From: an uncultured Verrucomicrobiales bacterium
Lineage (GTDB): Bacteria > Verrucomicrobiota > Verrucomicrobiia > Verrucomicrobiales > DEV007
Length of the DNA stretch: 64,000 nucleotides
Direction: 5' to 3'
NCBI GenBank assembly: GCA_938091905.1
Contig: CALKOM010000046.1
Coordinates: 20,726-84,725 of the forward strand
Below the pieces are notes generated by a model. The model was not told where the DNA came from. It searched no databases and worked only from the letters and a program-made list of their open reading frames with translations. How positions within the stretch are numbered: position 1 is the first letter of the stretch; the number at the start of each line of letters is the position of its first letter. The translations under genes were made by a program, and so were the position numbers. Below are positions 30,723-41,371 of this stretch, one piece after another.

Positions 30723-31403
30723 TTACTGGGTGACGACGAGGTAGGTAACGACGAGCGTAATCGCTGTGAAGATCATGAGGGGAAGCGCGTAGGCGAAACC
30801 AAGCTTAAGGCAGCGGGTGAATTCTGTATTGCCCGTGCTTACGACACGCTTCTTAGGTGCGGCTGACTTGGCCGAGGAGAAGTGGGACAGACGCTCCTCG
30901 AAGCGATCGATCTCAGCTTTGGCGTCATCGAGAGCCTTGGTGCCGCGATCGAGCTCTATCTTGAGTTCAGCTTCGTCCCAGTCATCGGGTTTGACCGTTT
31001 TCAAAACTTCGAGATGCTGGCCAAAGACCTCACGCATTTGTCGGAGAAATTCTGACCTGCGCTGAGCATCCTCGGCCTCTTCCCGCAGTTCGGGGAGGGC
31101 ATCGGTCAGCAGCTTCACCACGTCGTCCTTGCCTTCCGTGAAGCGTTGGCGCCGGGCGCTTAGTTTCTCGAGCTCCTCTTTCTGCTGCTCAAGAAGTTCA
31201 CGCTTTTGCTGGAGTGCAGCGAGTTGCTCCTCAGCGCGGCGCACCTTGTCCTCTACCTCGTCGTGATGATGAGAGGCAGATCCAGCGACTGCAGTGTCCT
31301 GTGCAACTGGCGTCGACTCGATGTTCTTGTAATCTTGGGATTCGTCGAAATTGAGTAAAGTTCCTTCCTTTTCTGATGGATACGTAAGATTCTGCATAGT
31401 CAC
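30723..31403 (-). CDS. Coiled-coil hypothetical protein with a C-terminal membrane anchor
   Basis: Long E/Q/K-rich heptads and a C-terminal TM segment. Confidence 0.75.
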   Translation of the reverse strand: MTMQNLTYPSEKEGTLLNFDESQDYKNIESTPVAQDTAVAGSASHHHDEVEDKVRRAEEQLAALQQKRELLEQQKEELEKLSARRQRFTEGKDDVVKLLTDALPELREEAEDAQRRSEFLRQMREVFGQHLEVLKTVKPDDWDEAELKIELDRGTKALDDAKAEIDRFEERLSHFSSAKSAAPKKRVVSTGNTEFTRCLKLGFAYALPLMIFTAITLVVTYLVVTQ

Positions 31404-31764
31404 TTGGAGAAGATTAATTCTAGCTAATTAATATTGCAGACATCTTAACTTTCCAAGTCTTTTTAAATGTTTCTTCAAAATTTTTAAGGTAGATGGCAGG
31501 ATCTACTATATCTTGAGGTGTTCATTTGCTCCGCCTGCAAGATGTAGGGTTGGCCAGATTTCAGATTGGATACCTGGCAAGATTGGGATAGGCCAAATAC
31601 ACTTATTTGGGCGCGAAAAAGCGCCAATGAGTGGTCGCAAGCTGCCATCGAATCTGCATCCGGAGACGCAGATTCTGTAAACGACACACGAGTCCTAACG
31701 GTCATCTATCACGCGTTCGTATACCTACGTAGCAGGAGCAGCGAGAATGCGAATCAACCAGACT

Positions 31765-32514
31765 TCAGTCCAACCGCTTCACGCGAATGTTGCGATACCG
31801 GACGAACGCTGTCGTGAAGTCCCCGCCACCGTGGACCTGCAGGGCGATGCCCCCTGTGGCCGGATGACGGACTTTTTTCTCTTTCCACTCCATGATCTGA
31901 ACTCCGTTGATCCAAGTGGTGATGTGAGGAGGATTTCCCTCGATGCGTGCACGCAACTCGTTCCACTGATCGGCACGCCAAAAGTAAGGCCAGCTTTCTG
32001 GATTGATAGGCAAGGCGACATCATGTGCGCCCGTCTTCTTTTCCTCAATTTCGGTGACCTTGTCTTTGAAGTTGTAGTTTCGCACATGTGGCTGACCCCC
32101 GAGTCCTTCGCCATAGATTCCCATGAGGTTTCCGTCCTTGTGATAGTCAATCATGGCCTGCCAGGCTTTTCCATCTTCAGTGCTACGGAGAAACAGGCCG
32201 CTATCAGGGCCGAAGTCATTTTTCATCTCTAACGAAACCTCGAAATCTCCGAATTGCTCATCAGTGATCAGAATGCCGCCATTCCCTGGAATGTCTTGCG
32301 AGCCAGAGATAGCGCCATCTTTGACCACCCAGCGTCCCCCTGACTGATTCTTGCTCGTGCCAGAGTGGCCTGTTTTTGCACTCACGTGCCAACCATTGAG
32401 CGAGTTGCCATCAAAGATAGAAACGAAACCGCCTTCCGAGTCAGCAGCGCAGAGAAAGGGAATGGCAAGCAATGATAGCGTGCCGAGAATAGGAATGAGC
32501 ACCTTTAGTTTCAT
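31765..32514 (-). CDS. DUF1080 (3-keto-disaccharide hydrolase-like) secreted protein
   Basis: GFVSIFDGNSLNGW, DSGLFLRS, WNELRARIEG, GGIALQVHGG...YRNIRVKRL. Confidence 0.9.
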   Translation of the reverse strand: MKLKVLIPILGTLSLLAIPFLCAADSEGGFVSIFDGNSLNGWHVSAKTGHSGTSKNQSGGRWVVKDGAISGSQDIPGNGGILITDEQFGDFEVSLEMKNDFGPDSGLFLRSTEDGKAWQAMIDYHKDGNLMGIYGEGLGGQPHVRNYNFKDKVTEIEEKKTGAHDVALPINPESWPYFWRADQWNELRARIEGNPPHITTWINGVQIMEWKEKKVRHPATGGIALQVHGGGDFTTAFVRYRNIRVKRLD

Positions 32515-32641
32515 GGGAAGATGGTGATATGGAGAGTTCGTTTCGGTCGACAACAATTCCTATGCACTCATTTGATTGGCCCGGTTTACAATTGTCCCGA
32601 GGTCTTGTACTCGCGCGGTGTGTCTGCGTCGCTATGGATAC

Positions 32642-32980
32642 ATGATGGAACTTCTACACATCGGGATAAAAGGAACGGTGGTCGCACTGGAGCGTCACAC
32701 GGGTCAATTGGTTTGGGAATCACGGCTCAAAGGCTCTGGGTTTGTCAATGTCACCATAGAAGGTGATGTGATCCTCGGTGCAACCCGAGGAGAGCTCTGG
32801 GGGCTTGATCCAAACGACGGTCGGATACTTTGGCACAATGGGCTTCCAGGCAAAGGGTATGGCTATGTCTCGTTTGCCTCGTCTTCAGACAAGAACATTG
32901 CGGCGATCACGGCAGCGATCCAAGCGCAGCAGCAAAGTGCTCAAAGCGCTGCGGGATCAGGCGCCGTTCATTCTGGATAA
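32642..32980 (+). CDS. Small PQQ-binding-like beta-propeller repeat protein
   Basis: VVALERHTGQLVW and LWGLDPNDGRILW repeats; Q/A-rich tail. Confidence 0.8.
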   Translation: MMELLHIGIKGTVVALERHTGQLVWESRLKGSGFVNVTIEGDVILGATRGELWGLDPNDGRILWHNGLPGKGYGYVSFASSSDKNIAAITAAIQAQQQSAQSAAGSGAVHSG

Positions 32981-34333
32981 TTCGGTCATCGGCGTATCGC
33001 TATCGCCGAACTGCTCTGCTGGGATGCCTAGTTGCTGAAGCGTGAACAAGTGATAGTTTGATAGGCTGAACTGCTCTTCGAAGCGGATCTGACGCCCTGG
33101 TTGAATCGCGCCTGCACCGCCGCCTGCGAAGAGGAGGGGAAGGTCTTCTTCCCCATGGGTGTGTCCATCACCAAGGCTGGAGCCATAGAGCAGCATGGTA
33201 TTGTCTAACAAGCTACCTTCGCCATCGTTGAGTTCCTTCATGCGACCGAGAAGGTAGGCGACCTGCTCGTGATGCCAGCGATTGACAGCGCAATACATGC
33301 TGTGCTTGCTATCGAGTGATTTCCACGAGGTTTTGCCATCGTCATCCTCGGTCTTTCCGCTCACGTCACGATAATGCGAGAGCGCGTGCCACGTGCCCTC
33401 CACGCCATCAATGAAATTGAAGTAGCGATTGCTCTGCCCGTGGTCGAGCATCAGGCTGCTCACGCGGGTAGCACCTGACCAGAAGGCTAGGGCCATCATA
33501 TCGAGCAGTTGATGCACGTATTCTTGGTGATTGCTGGGAATGCCTGCCTCCGGGCGCTGCAGCGTGTCTGTGAGAACGCCTTCTTCAGACGCGCGTTGGC
33601 TTTGTGCTTCAGCGAATTCCATGCGCTTCTCCACCTCGCGGACAGATTCTAGATACTCGTCGATCTTCTGTTTGTCTGCGATGCTTACCTTGGTCTTCAA
33701 CGTCCTGGCGTGGCCTAACACCAGGTCGAGAACGCTCTTGTCGGTCATACCCTCTTCTGGCTTTCGAAACATGCGATCGAAGATCATGCGAGGAACCGTT
33801 TCGCGACTCATAGGCACATTGCTAGAAGTCCAGGAGATGGTGTTACGGGGAAGATCGTTTGAGAAATAACCCTCGCCTTGGGTTCCCAGCTCAAGTGAGG
33901 GAAGAGGAGTGTCTTGCCCCACGTGTTTGGCTGCGATCTGATCAACGGACATGCCGCCAGCGTCGATCCTACGTCCATCGTAGCCTCCGCCCGTGAGCCA
34001 AGTGGCGGTGCCCGCGCCATGTCCATTGCCACGAGGTGTCCACATGTTTTCCGGAATGAGGATGTCCTCTTTGAACGGTTCTAGCGGCTTCATCCACGGG
34101 CTCAGCTCCTGCAATTGCCCGCCCGCAGAAACACGTTGTGGTTGCCAAGAGCCTTTAGCCACGCCGTTAGGAAAGTAGAGGTAGCCGACCTTGAGCTTCT
34201 TGCGGGCGGCATTGAGTACGGCTGCCTTCGAAGTTGTGGGCTCCATCACTTCGAGGAATGGGAGCGCCAGTGAAGCTCCAAGACCACGCAACATCGTGCG
34301 ACGAGTGAGATGCCAGGAACGGGAGGAGTTCAT
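32957..34333 (-). CDS. DUF1552 domain protein (Tat signal)
   Basis: LTRRTMLRGLGASLALPFLE, YFPNG, SVDQIAA, GSLLDNTMLLYGS. Confidence 0.9.
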   Translation of the reverse strand: MNSSRSWHLTRRTMLRGLGASLALPFLEVMEPTTSKAAVLNAARKKLKVGYLYFPNGVAKGSWQPQRVSAGGQLQELSPWMKPLEPFKEDILIPENMWTPRGNGHGAGTATWLTGGGYDGRRIDAGGMSVDQIAAKHVGQDTPLPSLELGTQGEGYFSNDLPRNTISWTSSNVPMSRETVPRMIFDRMFRKPEEGMTDKSVLDLVLGHARTLKTKVSIADKQKIDEYLESVREVEKRMEFAEAQSQRASEEGVLTDTLQRPEAGIPSNHQEYVHQLLDMMALAFWSGATRVSSLMLDHGQSNRYFNFIDGVEGTWHALSHYRDVSGKTEDDDGKTSWKSLDSKHSMYCAVNRWHHEQVAYLLGRMKELNDGEGSLLDNTMLLYGSSLGDGHTHGEEDLPLLFAGGGAGAIQPGRQIRFEEQFSLSNYHLFTLQQLGIPAEQFGDSDTPMTELSRMNGA

Positions 34334-34336
34334 CAG

Positions 34337-34912
34337 TTAAGCTATGTTGTTGAAATGGATGTCAATGCAGACTTGCGCGACTGGCATTTGGAATTCAATC
34401 GAAGGAAGAACAAGATTGGCAGTAGAACTAAGGGCTTCAGACTGCCAATCGGTTGTCTTGCGTAAAACTGTCACAGCAGATTCTTGATGATCAACCAGCA
34501 CATAGTCTTCTAGCGATGCGGTCTCGGCGTAGGCCCAGAACTTTTCCTGGCGATCAATGCGCTCTGTTGTCGGAGATAGCACTTCGATGATAACTTTTGG
34601 CTCGGTCGTGTAGGAATCGTCTTCAACTGCGGTTGAATCGCATTCTACCACGATGTCAGGATAGTAGAAGAGCGTCTCGTTGCTTCTTTGGATGCCCAAT
34701 TTGAGATCGCCCAGGAACGGGCGGCAGGGCCCACCGTGTAGTTTGCCATGAATGGCAGTGAACAGATTGCCTGCGATGGTGTTTTGGCGGCGAGATATGC
34801 CTTCCATTGTCACCACACAGCCAGTAAAGTACTCATGACCCACTTCAGCGTGTTTCTCATCCGCCAAGTAGTCGGCGACCGAAATGAGTGCGACTGCTTC
34901 AGCGTTAGCCAT
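34337..34912 (-). CDS. Uma2 family (DUF820) PD-(D/E)XK endonuclease-like protein
   Basis: YYPDIVVEC, IIEVLSPTTERIDRQEKF...Y...LEDYVLVD. Confidence 0.9.
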   Translation of the reverse strand: MANAEAVALISVADYLADEKHAEVGHEYFTGCVVTMEGISRRQNTIAGNLFTAIHGKLHGGPCRPFLGDLKLGIQRSNETLFYYPDIVVECDSTAVEDDSYTTEPKVIIEVLSPTTERIDRQEKFWAYAETASLEDYVLVDHQESAVTVLRKTTDWQSEALSSTANLVLPSIEFQMPVAQVCIDIHFNNIA

Positions 34913-34996
34913 GAGGGGAAGGTAACAATTGTTTATAAAGTTTCAATGAAAGCCGGTCTCAAGTAGCCGCGCATTCTAATCGCCAGTCGTTGCAGG

Positions 34997-37900
34997 CTAG
35001 TTTGTGTCGGGCAATCGCTTCCACTGAAACGGGTAACTATTGACGATCTCGCTGATCAGGGTGTGGAAACGATAGTTGTCTTGTTGAACAGCGGCGTGGA
35101 TTTGTTGAACAGCCAGCTCATCGTAGTATTCTAACTGACGTCCGAGACCAAAACTGAGCATTTTGCGTGTAAGCTGTCTTGTGAGGTCATCGAGCCGTCG
35201 CTCGATGAGAACATTACGGAGCCCGTCTAGACCTACAAACTTACGACCGTTTGGTAATTGGCCCTCAGAGTCGATTGGTCTGTCTCGATGTTCCTCGCGA
35301 TATCGACCAAACCAATCGTAGTTCTCAAGAGAGAAACCTAACGGATCAATCTTGGCATGGCAGCCCGCGCATTGAGGAGAGCCACGATGGATCTCTAACT
35401 TTTCCTTTAAGGTGAGTTCTCGTTCGCGAGCAACCTCCTCATCTAGCTCCCCTGCGTCGGGAGGTGGAGGCGGAGGAGGTGTTCCGAGCACATCATCTAG
35501 AATATACTTTCCTCGGACGACAGGGCTTGTGCGGCCGGGAAAGGAGGTCACTGCGAGCACACTAGCTTGTCCGAAGATGCCGCCTCGGCGCGGATCGTTG
35601 AGAGTCACACGACGCATGTGATCACCGTGCACACCGCCAATGCGATAATGTCGGGCAAGTTCTTGATTGAGGTAAGTGTAATTCGCATTGATCAGGTTGT
35701 GAATGGGGCGGTTCTCCTCGATCAATGAGTGGATGAACATGGAGGATTCATTACGCATCGCTGTCATGAGTGAATCGGTGCACCAAGGGTTGTCGATGGG
35801 GTCGAGGCGAACACGTGTGCCCACGTGTTCGAACTTGAGCCATTGAGAGGCAAACTCATGACCGAGCGCGTGGGAACGTTCGTCACGAAGCATGCGCTGC
35901 AACTGTTTACCTAGGATGTTCTCATCCCTCAAGGTGCCTGCGTCTGCGAGATCGAGTAAGGTGTTATCTGGAGTGGACGCCCAGAGGAAATAGGAGAGAC
36001 GGCTAGCAAATTCTAAATCCGTAATCTGATGATCCTCGGAGTTGGTGGGGGCGTTCTCGATGCGATAGAGAAAGTTAGGAGAAATAAGGGCAAAGATGAC
36101 CGCGGGTGGAATGGACTCTTGGTGGGAGGCGCCCGAACTCTTGGCAGTCTCGTAGCGGATGAAGAGCTCGGCGACTTCATCATTGCTTGGTGGACGGCGG
36201 TAAGCTTGCCGGAGGAAAGTATGAAAGAGCTTTTTAGGGGCAGTCTCTTTGGCTAGTTCCCATTGCGGCATGGCTGCAGTGACGACCTCTTCTGCGGCCC
36301 CAATGTAGCGCTCTAGTAGCGTGGGCTGAATAAACAGGGTATTGGCACTATTTGCGAAGCCACTCAGGCCGCTAAGATCACTTGGAAACTTGTCGGCAGG
36401 CTTAAGATCAATGCCAAAGAGATCGCGGAGTGTGTTGTTGTATTCCGTGTGAGAAAGACGACGCGCGCGTTCGTATCCGGGGTTCTTAACGGAGGTGTAG
36501 TCAAAGTCGATGACTTCTCTGTTGATCCAGTCTACCAAGGCCTGGCGCTCCTCATCCGTTGGCTGAGGCTCGTCTTCTGGAGGCATCTCGCCACTCTTGA
36601 TCCGCTCAAGCACATTGACCCAAAGATCTCGGCTCTTGACCAGGGGTGATTCGCTTAGGCCTGTCTCAATGTCGAGATCACCCTTGCTAACGGAAGCATC
36701 ATGACACTCGAGGCAATGCTTTTCAAGGAGGTCGGTCACGTGAGCGCGTTGCGCTGCATGATCGACCTCAACCTGCTTTGGGGGCATAATTTCCTTTTCT
36801 CGAAGATCAGGCACTGCTGAGGTTTGATCCTTCGTCCCGCCTAACTGATGGATCGTGTTATGGAGAATACGCTCGACCATCTTGCCCTGAGTGTCGGTAA
36901 CTTGGATTTTGACTTCCATGCACCACGTGGTGTCGATCTCCGGTATGCTTAGAAAGACGGACTTTCCATCGTCGGAGACTGTTGCTTGAGCAACCTCCAG
37001 CGGCTTCTCGTCATAGTGCCTTGAGCCGTAATTTTTCGTGCGTTTAAGGCTCCATGTCTTGATCTCGTAACTGTCGATCTTGGCCGCGGCCTCTCTGTCG
37101 AGAGCATTACTAAACCCTAACTGAATACCTTCCGGTGTTGCTTTTAGATCGATAGGCAAGTTCATGGCCTTGCCGGTAGCTCGGATGCGATAAAATCCGC
37201 CGTCTTGGTGCTTGCTCCCTGCCCAGGCAAACATGCCTGTAGTGTAAAGTTGCCCATTGTCAGGGTGAAAACGTCCGCGCATGATTCCGGTAGGGAAATC
37301 GAGCCCAAGACTGACCATGCCTCCCTGTGCTTGGCCGTCAGGCATCTTCTCGTGAGGCACGGCAAAGACCTTGCCCGTTCCATAGCTGAGGTTAAGGAGC
37401 TTCCCATTCATGGGGCCCCAGTTCGCATCCTTTGGAACCCAGAGGAGTTCGCCGGGGCTACGATCAAACGCATTGGTGATCCAACAGAGCGGCTGTTCCA
37501 TAGCCTCATCACTGTTATCCGTAACATCGTGGTAGCCATACATATTGCCGTAGAATCCGCCCTCTTTGACGTAGTTGATTCGGTTTTTCGGATTCCAATG
37601 GCCTTCTTGGTCGGTCACAATGTAGGTGCCGTCAGGATTAAGGCAGACGCCATTGGCAGCGCGAAAACCGGTGGCCAAGATCTCAGTCGTAGATCCATCC
37701 TTGCTCACCCGCAACAGCGTGCCGTGATGGGGCACGAGCGCCGTCTTGGCATGACGTGCAGACTTGGCGTAGTAGAAATTACCCGCGTCGTCGGTCTGCA
37801 AGCCCATGGCAAACTCGTGGAAATGCTCAGTAACTTGGTGGTCGTTGTTGAAGCTTTCCACATAGTCGATTTCTTCGTCGCCATTCAAGTCGTGCAGCTT

Positions 37901-40900
37901 GGCTAACTGATCGCGGCAGGTGACGTAGATGTGGCCGTCGACCCATTTCACCCCGAGTGGTTGGAACAGCCCGCTACAAATGCGTTTCCATCGATGCTGT
38001 TTGAAATCACCGCCAATGTCATCGACAAGCCAGACGTCACCTAACCAAGTGGCGACGGCGGCACGATTACCGCCAGGAAGGAAATCGAAACCGCCGATGC
38101 GCATCCAACTATGGTAGGGGTTTTCACTTGGATACGTGATCTCGTCGACGGCAAAAGCGTCCTCATCATTGCCCATCTTGGCTTCTGTCGTGACGGTTTC
38201 CGTCCAGTGAGCGGGACCTCCCTCCGTGTAAGCGGTGAGGTCTTCGGGATCTGCCGCCAATAGGGAAGCGATGACCAAACTATGGGCTTCGGCCTTGGTC
38301 GACAGGACATTCACCTTCATTGGGGTATCCTTGGCCAGGACTGTCATGACCTGATAGCCATCGATCACGGCAACCGTGGCCGTGCCTCCAACGACTTGCG
38401 CGGTGACATCCGCTGGCGATACACGTAGATGAAGATTTTTGCTAGACTGGCCGATGTTCATCGTACGAGCGAAGACGGGATGCTCCCCACGCTGAACAAG
38501 GCTCGGCATTTCTAGCACTTCAGCATCGCCGACCGTGTATTTGATTACGATCTTGTTACCGTGGATATACTGACCTTTAAAATGCGTCCATTCGCGGGGA
38601 AGGGGCCCGTAGGGTTTGCCGTCGCGTCCCAGGAAGCGTGGGTCTGCCCAGGAGCCGTCGGCGGGATTTGCCCATCCAGGACCCACGGGGTTGACCAAGG
38701 TTTTCTCACCGACAATGCTGGTGTGCGTGCCATGCGATTGGTCGAAAGCAATGCCTTTCCAGTCGACAAATTTATCGCCAGACCAAGCTGCCGCCACGCG
38801 CATGGTGTCATGGTCATAAACCATCCAATGCCGCCCCTTGCTGACACCGCCAGGCCCATCGTCTAACCGAATGGCGATCGCCTTGTAAGCGATGTTGCCA
38901 GGCGCGACTTGGTAAGTCCAATCCAGCATCGGTCCAAAGTTCATCCGCTCATATTTCGGTCCCTTCGCGTAGTCGACCTGTTCCTTAGTCAGCTTGCCTT
39001 GGGAACTCATGCCCTTGGGAAGACGATCAAGGTATTCGGGAGTGAGTTCGACATACTCGGAGGCGTTGTTTGTCTTCACAAACTCTTCGCGGATGTAGTG
39101 AATGACGTCATAGGCAGCCGATGGGGTGAGCCATGGCTGAGGGGGCATTTGCTCAAAGCCGTTTCTCATTGTTAGGTAGAGGCTGTGCGGATCCTTGCCG
39201 TTCTTGAAAGGCTCTTTCCAAAACGGCCGGGACGTCGGTAAGGAGCCCGCCTTTTCCAAATTGCCGTGGCAAGCAAAGCAGATGCCTTGGTAAATCTTCT
39301 CGCCTCGTTTAAAGGCGTTGTTGTCCCACGCGGTGAGAATGCTAGCGTGGTCGACCTCGGCCAATGGCCTCATGGTCACGTTGGCGAAACGAACCTTCCC
39401 CATATCGGCTTGCAATCGCAGTGGTGTGCCGGCCTCTGGTTGGTCTCCGACTGTATCGGTATTGTTTTGGTTCCACTCAAAGACGGGTTCTGCGCGTTCG
39501 ATAGGCTCGCTTGAGCCGGTGAGCTCGACGTCCTGATCGCTGATCGCTTCGTTGAAGAACTGGAAGCTCGCAATCTGGCCGTGCCAGTGCAAGGCGTCGT
39601 CTGGGAAGTCATTCGCTCCAGCGCCGATACGAAGGACGCTCCCTTCGTTGTCGGGAGCGGTGAAGTCGTCATCCTCAGCGAGTTTCTCTCCATCGAGATA
39701 GATCTCGGCATGGCCTTCTCGATGTCGGAGTGCGACGGTGTGCCACTGGCCATTGTTAACGCGATCGTTTATTTCGGTGCCGATGGCACCGACCCAGCCA
39801 ATGTCATAGTGTAATTGCCCCCCGTCGATGAAGAGAATCTTGTCACCTTCGCGATGTTTCCCATCTGAGCTCAGTTTACTGAAGAGCGGCCCTGACTCTT
39901 CGGTGCGGAATCGCATCACAGCGGTAAAATCGTCGCCCATGTCACATTGCTTGCCCTGTTCTTCCGTTGAAATGAACTGAGCCGCTGCGGCTGGTTCATC
40001 GTCACTATCAGACTCGTCAGGGAAGCCATACACTGTTGGTTCTTCCACTCTCACGCGCTCGTGAATCTGTGTCCCATTAAGCCAGACAGAAAGATCCGCC
40101 GCAGTTTCGTTCACATGTTGTACGGCCACTTGGAGGGATTGCCATTCACCAACCTTGCCGCTTGCCTGGGTGCTTGGCTTGGCGATCCCCGGAATCGCCC
40201 CACACTGGTTCGTCGTGTCTAGCTGTATCTTCCATTTGCCATCAATGTAGACGCCACTCGTTGACCGTCTGTCAGGCAGTAGGAAGTCGACGTGGAAGAC
40301 AGCGTCTTCAAACGAACGTTCCGAAATCACATCACCGTACCCGGGCTGTGCGATCAACACCTTGTCGGTCTTGTTCCAACGGGCCTCCCGATATTGAGGG
40401 CCGCCTGAGGTGGTGTCAGCCACTGCGTCAACGTCGATTACTGCTGGGGGCATGCTAGGATCCCAGTGTCGCCATTCGTTGATGGGCTCTTCATCCGAAG
40501 CCAACACATGGGATGGAGGAGCAGGAAAAGAGCGCGTTTCAACTTCTGTCGATGGCGCCTTCTTAAGAGTCCACTGGCAGGCGTTCAGAAGCAGGCTGAC
40601 AAAAGCTTTATTCGCGAAATCGGCCTCTGAACCCATGGAAGTGTAGAAGCGATGGTGCCCCATCGTCCAAGCCAGCGGCTCGGCCGGTTCCTCTCCCACG
40701 TTGCCAAACACAAGAGGAGTGGTGTCATCGGACAAGGGCAGGGTGTGGTAGATCCCATCTTTGCCAGCAGAGAAATGTTTCGGCACACCTGCTAGAATTG
40801 GATGACTCTGTAATTCGGTTGCGACAAGGGCCCTACAAGCTTCCTTCTGTCCTGTATGACGTTTGAAATGCCCGCCAAAGTGCGACACGAACCAACCTGA

Positions 40901-41254
40901 CTGATCGGCAATCCCGTGACTCGTTGTGCGCAGGGCAACCGCAGGTTTGCCAGCGTCCAAGTAGGCATTCAGTTGGGCGAGTTGCTTCTTGGTCGCATCG
41001 CGCAGTCGAATGTAGAGCACGAGGAGATCGGCGTCTTGCAGGGAACTTAGATCGGGAAGAGCACGACTATCTGGAGGAGAAGTCAGGATGGTGGTTTCAT
41101 AGCCGAATTTCTCTGTCAGTAGCGTGGCCAATGCAGGTACGCTCTTCTCTGAGCCATAGTATTGCTCGCCGTGGATGAGGACGACCTTGGGAGCGGCCAT
41201 CGCTACCGGTATCGTGAGTAGGAATGGCAGCAGGAGAGATAGATACGATTTCAC
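34997..41254 (-). CDS. 2085-aa multidomain c-type cytochrome: ThuA-like, split DUF1080-like, LamG, cyt c/DUF6797-like, beta-propeller, planctomycete cytochrome C and DUF1587/1592/1588/1585 module
   Basis: Three CxxCH motifs (CFACH, CLECH, CAGCH); RRLSHTEYNNTLRDLFG; ASRLSYFLWASTPD; RTSPVVRGKYIL; DPLGFSLENYD. Confidence 0.85.
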   Translation of the reverse strand: MKSYLSLLLPFLLTIPVAMAAPKVVLIHGEQYYGSEKSVPALATLLTEKFGYETTILTSPPDSRALPDLSSLQDADLLVLYIRLRDATKKQLAQLNAYLDAGKPAVALRTTSHGIADQSGWFVSHFGGHFKRHTGQKEACRALVATELQSHPILAGVPKHFSAGKDGIYHTLPLSDDTTPLVFGNVGEEPAEPLAWTMGHHRFYTSMGSEADFANKAFVSLLLNACQWTLKKAPSTEVETRSFPAPPSHVLASDEEPINEWRHWDPSMPPAVIDVDAVADTTSGGPQYREARWNKTDKVLIAQPGYGDVISERSFEDAVFHVDFLLPDRRSTSGVYIDGKWKIQLDTTNQCGAIPGIAKPSTQASGKVGEWQSLQVAVQHVNETAADLSVWLNGTQIHERVRVEEPTVYGFPDESDSDDEPAAAAQFISTEEQGKQCDMGDDFTAVMRFRTEESGPLFSKLSSDGKHREGDKILFIDGGQLHYDIGWVGAIGTEINDRVNNGQWHTVALRHREGHAEIYLDGEKLAEDDDFTAPDNEGSVLRIGAGANDFPDDALHWHGQIASFQFFNEAISDQDVELTGSSEPIERAEPVFEWNQNNTDTVGDQPEAGTPLRLQADMGKVRFANVTMRPLAEVDHASILTAWDNNAFKRGEKIYQGICFACHGNLEKAGSLPTSRPFWKEPFKNGKDPHSLYLTMRNGFEQMPPQPWLTPSAAYDVIHYIREEFVKTNNASEYVELTPEYLDRLPKGMSSQGKLTKEQVDYAKGPKYERMNFGPMLDWTYQVAPGNIAYKAIAIRLDDGPGGVSKGRHWMVYDHDTMRVAAAWSGDKFVDWKGIAFDQSHGTHTSIVGEKTLVNPVGPGWANPADGSWADPRFLGRDGKPYGPLPREWTHFKGQYIHGNKIVIKYTVGDAEVLEMPSLVQRGEHPVFARTMNIGQSSKNLHLRVSPADVTAQVVGGTATVAVIDGYQVMTVLAKDTPMKVNVLSTKAEAHSLVIASLLAADPEDLTAYTEGGPAHWTETVTTEAKMGNDEDAFAVDEITYPSENPYHSWMRIGGFDFLPGGNRAAVATWLGDVWLVDDIGGDFKQHRWKRICSGLFQPLGVKWVDGHIYVTCRDQLAKLHDLNGDEEIDYVESFNNDHQVTEHFHEFAMGLQTDDAGNFYYAKSARHAKTALVPHHGTLLRVSKDGSTTEILATGFRAANGVCLNPDGTYIVTDQEGHWNPKNRINYVKEGGFYGNMYGYHDVTDNSDEAMEQPLCWITNAFDRSPGELLWVPKDANWGPMNGKLLNLSYGTGKVFAVPHEKMPDGQAQGGMVSLGLDFPTGIMRGRFHPDNGQLYTTGMFAWAGSKHQDGGFYRIRATGKAMNLPIDLKATPEGIQLGFSNALDREAAAKIDSYEIKTWSLKRTKNYGSRHYDEKPLEVAQATVSDDGKSVFLSIPEIDTTWCMEVKIQVTDTQGKMVERILHNTIHQLGGTKDQTSAVPDLREKEIMPPKQVEVDHAAQRAHVTDLLEKHCLECHDASVSKGDLDIETGLSESPLVKSRDLWVNVLERIKSGEMPPEDEPQPTDEERQALVDWINREVIDFDYTSVKNPGYERARRLSHTEYNNTLRDLFGIDLKPADKFPSDLSGLSGFANSANTLFIQPTLLERYIGAAEEVVTAAMPQWELAKETAPKKLFHTFLRQAYRRPPSNDEVAELFIRYETAKSSGASHQESIPPAVIFALISPNFLYRIENAPTNSEDHQITDLEFASRLSYFLWASTPDNTLLDLADAGTLRDENILGKQLQRMLRDERSHALGHEFASQWLKFEHVGTRVRLDPIDNPWCTDSLMTAMRNESSMFIHSLIEENRPIHNLINANYTYLNQELARHYRIGGVHGDHMRRVTLNDPRRGGIFGQASVLAVTSFPGRTSPVVRGKYILDDVLGTPPPPPPPDAGELDEEVARERELTLKEKLEIHRGSPQCAGCHAKIDPLGFSLENYDWFGRYREEHRDRPIDSEGQLPNGRKFVGLDGLRNVLIERRLDDLTRQLTRKMLSFGLGRQLEYYDELAVQQIHAAVQQDNYRFHTLISEIVNSYPFQWKRLPDTN

Positions 41255-41371
41255 AGGGGAAGTAGAGCACAGAGAGTAGATGCTGATAAGCGCCTTCTTC
41301 TGTGTAGACGTCCCTCCGACGGAAATATTGTCCGAATTGTGTGAAAATCGTGTCTACTCACGCAGCTGTAG

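Noticed and set aside
31484..31760. Short ORFs and a GAATCTGC/GCAGATTC hairpin as an ncRNA or gene
   Set aside because: No recognisable motif and no U-tract; the evidence is insufficient to call a feature.
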